Positions 59,206 to 64,000 of a stretch of 64,000 bases of DNA are shown here, in pieces (the stretch's first letter is position 1; each line of letters starts with the position of its first letter). The translations under genes were made by a program, and so were the position numbers. Source of the DNA: Promethearchaeota archaeon (GTDB lineage: Archaea > Asgardarchaeota > Lokiarchaeia > Sigyniarchaeales > SOKP01); assembly GCA_019058445.1 (NCBI GenBank), contig JAHPZA010000004.1:128001-192000 (forward strand). The letters run 5' to 3'. The notes under the pieces are model-generated. The model saw only the letters and a list, made by a program, of their open reading frames with translations, was not told the origin of the DNA and made no database searches.

Positions 59206-60474
59206 TTAGAGATAAGTCAATTTATATCCTTTGAGACGTTTTCGAACCTCTTTAAAAATTTGGCTTTCAAGTTCTTTTTGTATTTCTAGGTTGTTTGCTG
59301 CTACGTATTCTCTTAGTTGAGTCTTGTTTAAAGTAGTCTGACCACTTATTTTTAGCCAAGTTAACATCTCTGAAACAATTTTCCCTCCATTTCCCCTCAT
59401 AAACTCGGGTAGATAACAATCTGCTTGCGCCCTCGACATATAAACTGTATACACAAATAATCCTTTAGCATCTAATTTTTTATACACATGAGGAATAACA
59501 GGGTGGTCAAAGATCATCATATGAATATTTTTACCTGCTTTTTGAATTTTTTTATAGAGTGGCATCCATTCATCTTCTCCATCTTGGGGTACTCCCGGTT
59601 TGAAACCTGGAACCCACTGAATACCATCCGTGATTTTTAAAATATCATCGAGATATTTTATTTCTTCTGGACCATCTAAATGATATATCGAATAATCCAT
59701 ATGTTCTGCTTGTTCCTTTAAGTCGGGGAGCACAAATCTTTCGAAAAACTTCGGATTAAGCATTACACTAAAGTCACACTGCATTGTATAATACCTTTTA
59801 GGACACCATACATTTAACCAACTATTACATCCATCTACGTATTTGTTTATAATGTCCTGTAACTCATCATAAACTTTTAAATATTTTTCCATGATTATGG
59901 CCCGGCATGTATCTATTAACTCGGGATTGCGTTTCATTTGAATTATGATCTTTTGCGAACCAAGAAATGATACTAATATATCTAATATCCCTCCTAAATC
60001 AGTCATCGAAACACAATAATTATGTTTCGCACCTCGCTTTGCAGCAATTTCCGTTGTTCGTTTTAATCTTACATACCACTCGTTATTGTTATTTAATTTC
60101 GCACTTTCAAGAACGGAAATAATATCCTTGACTTCAGTAGGTTGATCAAACCACATAGTTCCTGATTTGTATTCTGGAGTAACTCCCAGAACCGATGCCA
60201 TGATGCCAGGTCCATAATTTGGAAAATAAGAGGGAATACATTCACCACCATACACTAATCCATCACTATATTTTTCGAAGGTGTCAAGAATTGGTTCAAT
60301 ACCATCCCATTTCTTACATAGCTCAAAATTTAAGGCACTTGCGGCGATTGCTGCCTTTTCTGAACCTGGACCTTCCAGGATATTATATGAAATTACCGGT
60401 CTATCCATACTTTCATGATCCCACCATGCAGCCATTCGTTCTTTTGCTTCTTGTAAATCTTCTTTAAGAATCAT
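59206..60474 (-). CDS. UroD/MtaA-superfamily protein (corrinoid methyltransferase-associated type)
   Basis: ERMAAWW...DRP, NYGPG, TDLGG, QCDFSVM, YHLDGP, IQWVPG. Confidence 0.75.
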   Translation of the reverse strand: MILKEDLQEAKERMAAWWDHESMDRPVISYNILEGPGSEKAAIAASALNFELCKKWDGIEPILDTFEKYSDGLVYGGECIPSYFPNYGPGIMASVLGVTPEYKSGTMWFDQPTEVKDIISVLESAKLNNNNEWYVRLKRTTEIAAKRGAKHNYCVSMTDLGGILDILVSFLGSQKIIIQMKRNPELIDTCRAIIMEKYLKVYDELQDIINKYVDGCNSWLNVWCPKRYYTMQCDFSVMLNPKFFERFVLPDLKEQAEHMDYSIYHLDGPEEIKYLDDILKITDGIQWVPGFKPGVPQDGEDEWMPLYKKIQKAGKNIHMMIFDHPVIPHVYKKLDAKGLFVYTVYMSRAQADCYLPEFMRGNGGKIVSEMLTWLKISGQTTLNKTQLREYVAANNLEIQKELESQIFKEVRKRLKGYKLTYL

Positions 60475-60604
60475 AATAAAACCTAATTTCCTGTGATTAA
60501 TATTTATTAAAAATGTTTAAAGAATTAAAAGGCTACTTTTAATAATGATATAGCTATTTGACTTAAGCTTTAAGAATCATAAAAAAAAGAGAATTAAGTG
60601 ATAA

Positions 60605-61174
60605 CTATGAGAGCTTCGACCCACAACTTGGACAAAATTTTGCATCTCGTTCAAGTTGATGACCACAATATATGCAAAAATTCTTGTTTGTTGATGGTAA
60701 GGGTGCCTCGATTTTTTTCGCTGGAGGTACGTATTCGGTCGAAGGTACATACTCAACCTTTTGACCTAATTCAATCTCTCCCGTATCAGCTTTAAAACGA
60801 TACACTATTTTCCCGCTATCTCGCAAGTCTGCTAGTACACGAAGCAAGTCTTTAGGTTTAATTCCAACTTCGAGTGCTATATTCTCGAGCTTATAGGTAC
60901 CTTGATGACCGCGATCCATCAGTGATCTTAAAACTGCTTTCTTGTATTTGTTATTCGTATACAGTTGCTGAAAAGCTCCAAGAAGAATAAAAAATGCAGG
61001 AATAAATAACCAAAAACCCCAATTTCTAAGTCCTAAGAAAGGAATTCCAACTCGTAAGAAATGTAATGATAAAATAGCGACAAAGAGAAAAATTAATCCT
61101 ATTATAAAGGAACCTTTGGCAGCCTTATACTTTTCTTTGGAATAATATCGATCTTTATATTTTTCGTTCGTCAT
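60605..61174 (-). CDS. Two-TM protein with winged-helix-like region and C-terminal zinc ribbon
   Basis: 2 TM segments, LENIALEVGIKP...LADL, CIYCG...FCPSCG. Confidence 0.75.
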   Translation of the reverse strand: MTNEKYKDRYYSKEKYKAAKGSFIIGLIFLFVAILSLHFLRVGIPFLGLRNWGFWLFIPAFFILLGAFQQLYTNNKYKKAVLRSLMDRGHQGTYKLENIALEVGIKPKDLLRVLADLRDSGKIVYRFKADTGEIELGQKVEYVPSTEYVPPAKKIEAPLPSTNKNFCIYCGHQLERDAKFCPSCGSKLS

Positions 61175-61292
61175 TTATAATTCACCTACTTTAATTACAA
61201 AGTATGTTTATTTGATATAAAAATTATGGAGTCCGATCTTTAACGAATAAATTCGAATAAAGTTTTAAACCATTAAACAGTTCAAATAAAAG

Positions 61293-62246
61293 TTATACAA
61301 TAAATATCAAGTTATTATCCCGTTCAACCTTATTTTCTTTCTCTAATTTAATTATATGACCCTCAGCTATAGCTACACCAGGAAATGCTTGGGCTCTGGT
61401 TGTTTTATAAAGCAATTTTGCTAAGTCTAGAATTGTATGCGGTCCTTTCTTTAAGTTCTCAAGAATAATCTGGTCTTTAATAAGGATCTTATTGCGGATT
61501 TGATTAATTCGTTCCTTTACATTACTAAATTTATTTCCATGAGAAGGGTAGATATAATCAATTGGGAAATTTTCCACTTTTTCCAAACTTGATAAATATC
61601 CTATTGCTCCACCAGAGCTGGGGGAATACCATGCAGTTCCGATTTCACCTATAAGGTCTCCTGAAAGCAAAAATCTATGATTCATCTCATAAAATGAGGT
61701 ATGCCCAGGAGCATGACCGGGTGTTGTTAATACTTTAAATTGATAATTACCTAATTGTAAAACATCGTTATCTTTAATTGTCTGAATATAGGCGTTATCT
61801 GGAAGTTGTGACATTGAACAAAACATCCCTAAACTCTGGTTGATATCAAACGTATCACCGAAGAATTCCTTAACTCCTGATTCAAAATTTTGCTGCTTTA
61901 TCAAATTTATATCAAAAGACTCATTTAATAGGTCAATATTTTGTGCGCTCTCTTTTTCAATCTCGTTAATAATGATTTTTACATCAGCAGGATTAATTCT
62001 CTTATAAAAAGCGCTCATAGCTCCCATATGGTCTGGATGAGCATGAGAGATAACAATTGTATGAAGATCATCTAATTTAAAATCTAATCCCTCTAATCGC
62101 TTGAACAGCACCCTTGTAAATTTTCTTAATCCGCAGCCAACTTCTATTAGAATTATTCCCTCATCATCTTTAATAGCAAAAATATTTGCCGATGCGGGCC
62201 ACATCGATTTTTCGGCTTTTATAAAAAGAAAATCTGTATTCATCAA
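61293..62246 (-). CDS. MBL-fold metallo-hydrolase
   Basis: SHAHPDHMG, TPGHAPGH, SGD, PSHG. Confidence 0.9.
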   Translation of the reverse strand: MMNTDFLFIKAEKSMWPASANIFAIKDDEGIILIEVGCGLRKFTRVLFKRLEGLDFKLDDLHTIVISHAHPDHMGAMSAFYKRINPADVKIIINEIEKESAQNIDLLNESFDINLIKQQNFESGVKEFFGDTFDINQSLGMFCSMSQLPDNAYIQTIKDNDVLQLGNYQFKVLTTPGHAPGHTSFYEMNHRFLLSGDLIGEIGTAWYSPSSGGAIGYLSSLEKVENFPIDYIYPSHGNKFSNVKERINQIRNKILIKDQIILENLKKGPHTILDLAKLLYKTTRAQAFPGVAIAEGHIIKLEKENKVERDNNLIFIV

Positions 62247-62311
62247 GGTATTAAATAAAATTTAAAATAAAACTTAAACTCCGTGACTTTAAGGTTTCAT
62301 GATTCTGAGAT

Positions 62312-63244
62312 ATGCTAAAATTAATAAGAACTCTGGGATTAGATTTCTATATTATGCTAAAGGGAATCCATTTTTTATTGACTTATTTGTGCAATTATGA
62401 ATGTGACCATTGCTTTCTATATTGTAGTCCCAATTCAGCAGGAACCTTTACCTTGAAACAAATAACAACTGTCTTAAATGAAGCAGAAAAAATTAATACA
62501 GTAGAGTCGATTTATTTTGAAGGGGGTGAACCATTTCTTTTCTACCCTTTAATGCTAGAAGGTCTTAAAATTGCTGCAGAAAAAGGTTTTAAAACAGGAA
62601 TAGTCACTAATTCTTATTGGGCGACTAATGTAGAAGATGCTGAATTATGGCTTAAACCCATTGCCGATTTAGATATTTCAGACTTAAGCATTAGCGATGA
62701 TTTTTATCACTTTGGAGACGAGGTTGATAATTTAGCTAAAAATGCAAAAATCGCCGCTACAAACCTTAATATGCCCTTAAAATCAATAAAAATCGAAGAA
62801 CCTCACATTAAGCAGCAAAAAGATAAAGGAGCGGCAGTTATAGGAGGTGGTGCAATGTTTAGAGGAAGAGCTGTCGAAAAACTAATTGAAGGGCTACCCT
62901 GTAGAACTTGGGAAAATATGAAAGAATGCCCTTATGAGGAGTTAAAACACCCACATAGGGTCCATATAGATTCATTTGGAAATGTTCATCTGTGTCAGGG
63001 ATTGACGTTAGGAAATATGTGGAAAACGCCTTTATCAGAATTAATTGAAAATTATGATTATAAATTACACCCTATTTGTCAACCATTAATTAAGGGGGGT
63101 CCAGCTGAATTGGTTAGGAATTACGATCTAGCTCTAAAAGCAGAATATGTTGATGAATGTCATTTATGTTATCTCTGTCGCTTGGCTTTAATAGAAAGGC
63201 TTCCCCAATTTCTTGCTCCAAAACAGGTTTATGGATTGCTATAA
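62312..63244 (+). CDS. Radical SAM protein with C-terminal Cys-rich extension (true start may be about 62354)
   Basis: CNYECDHC, GGEP, TN; later ECP...GNVHLC...CHLCYLC. Confidence 0.9.
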   Translation: MLKLIRTLGLDFYIMLKGIHFLLTYLCNYECDHCFLYCSPNSAGTFTLKQITTVLNEAEKINTVESIYFEGGEPFLFYPLMLEGLKIAAEKGFKTGIVTNSYWATNVEDAELWLKPIADLDISDLSISDDFYHFGDEVDNLAKNAKIAATNLNMPLKSIKIEEPHIKQQKDKGAAVIGGGAMFRGRAVEKLIEGLPCRTWENMKECPYEELKHPHRVHIDSFGNVHLCQGLTLGNMWKTPLSELIENYDYKLHPICQPLIKGGPAELVRNYDLALKAEYVDECHLCYLCRLALIERLPQFLAPKQVYGLL

Positions 63245-63297
63245 TTACATATAATCGTTTTATCTAAAAATTCCTTTTCATTGAAAACTTTCTATAT

Positions 63298-63999
63298 TTA
63301 TTTTCTTTTGTTTATTCTTCTTTTGATTGAAATGAAAATCAAAATGCTAATGGCACTAAAAATTATAAAACCGAGAATAGAAACTACCAAAAGCAAGAAA
63401 AACAAAAAAACTAGTGCCCCTATAATAAGGCCTAAGAGATTTTCCTCATTTAGCGCATACCCATTTCCGGATGCAGTAGCAATTCGCCATAATATAAATA
63501 AAGTCCATATGGGCATCAAAAGGATAGGAATGATGGGAGGAACATTTAATGCCGGAAGAATCCAAGCAATCATAAAAAAGCATACCCCCCAAACCGCACC
63601 AAGGAAAAAGAAATGTTTAAAGCTGGGAGATTCCACTTCTTTCTTTTCAAATAAGGTCGCTGGGGCCCTCTTTGCAATTATAATTAATATCACCGTCAGT
63701 ATGAGAAATCCAAAATATTCTACGAATCCGGGGATATAGTTGTATGTGTCTATAACGAACAGCATCCAGATAGGACCACATAAAATAAAAATAATGATAA
63801 CTAGTATGAATCCTTTATTACCTAACCAGGATTCTTCTTTGACCTCTGGAAATGCAATATGAGTTAACACTATAGGGATTGTAATGCTATAAATCATATG
63901 AAATATGATTAGCTCGACTGTCCATACCCAATTAACTCCTAAATATCTGCCATACGCTCCTAAGATTCCTACATCAGCCCAGTTAGGATTAAAAAAACT
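63298..63999 (-). CDS. Multi-pass membrane protein (5' end outside window)
   Basis: The frame stays open from 63897 to the window edge (SFFNPNWADVGILGAYGRYLGVNWVW...FHM). Confidence 0.75.
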   Translation of the reverse strand, partial: SFFNPNWADVGILGAYGRYLGVNWVWTVELIIFHMIYSITIPIVLTHIAFPEVKEESWLGNKGFILVIIIFILCGPIWMLFVIDTYNYIPGFVEYFGFLILTVILIIIAKRAPATLFEKKEVESPSFKHFFFLGAVWGVCFFMIAWILPALNVPPIIPILLMPIWTLFILWRIATASGNGYALNEENLLGLIIGALVFLFFLLLVVSILGFIIFSAISILIFISIKRRINKRK

Positions 64000-64000
64000 C

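Noticed and set aside
62312-63244. Radical SAM protein as the anaerobic sulfatase maturase
   Set aside because: It lies 34 kb from the nearest sulfatase and lacks the full Cys-rich SPASM pattern expected of anSME.
491-63739. Many short ORFs antisense to or nested within larger genes (e.g. 491..688, 3828..4139, 14035..14406, 34871..35215, 45616..45966, 63281..63739)
   Set aside because: They overlap well-supported genes and lack motifs; treated as shadow ORFs.
1-64000. CRISPR array, rRNA, integrase or prophage
   Set aside because: I saw no regularly spaced repeats, rRNA-like GC-rich stretch or phage/integrase genes.

Overview
AT-rich archaeal chromosomal DNA, most likely from an Asgard archaeon of the Lokiarchaeia type. 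This is inferred from the archaeal GluRS, bulge-helix-bulge (BHB) introns, a HEAT/LRR protein, a longin/roadblock-repeat protein and V4R-like regulators. Layout: 1-8.3 kb is housekeeping (LRR protein, mtxX plus a decayed partial copy, gltX). 8.4-29.7 kb is a paralog-rich catabolic island (3 DUF169, 4 QueG/RdhA-like cobalamin Fe-S proteins, 3 Cys-type sulfatases, an alkyl sulfatase, AbfD, an epoxide hydrolase, 2 Cys-rich Fe-S proteins, an MFS transporter and an HTH-V4R regulator with a shared upstream motif). 29.7-31.2 kb is a non-autonomous IS200/IS605 element whose tnpB has a nonsense codon and a Fanzor-like rearranged RuvC site. The rest is mixed metabolic genes. Top finding: a 29-nt tRNA-type BHB intron (31314-31342) sits inside the Rossmann motif of an opine dehydrogenase gene, and cutting at the standard BHB positions exactly restores frame and motif. 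A tRNA-Arg(GCG) with two similar-sized introns at non-canonical positions (D-loop, T-loop) lies 13 kb away, and there is a candidate structured ncRNA near 48 kb. All calls come from reading sequence and motifs by eye; no searches were run.
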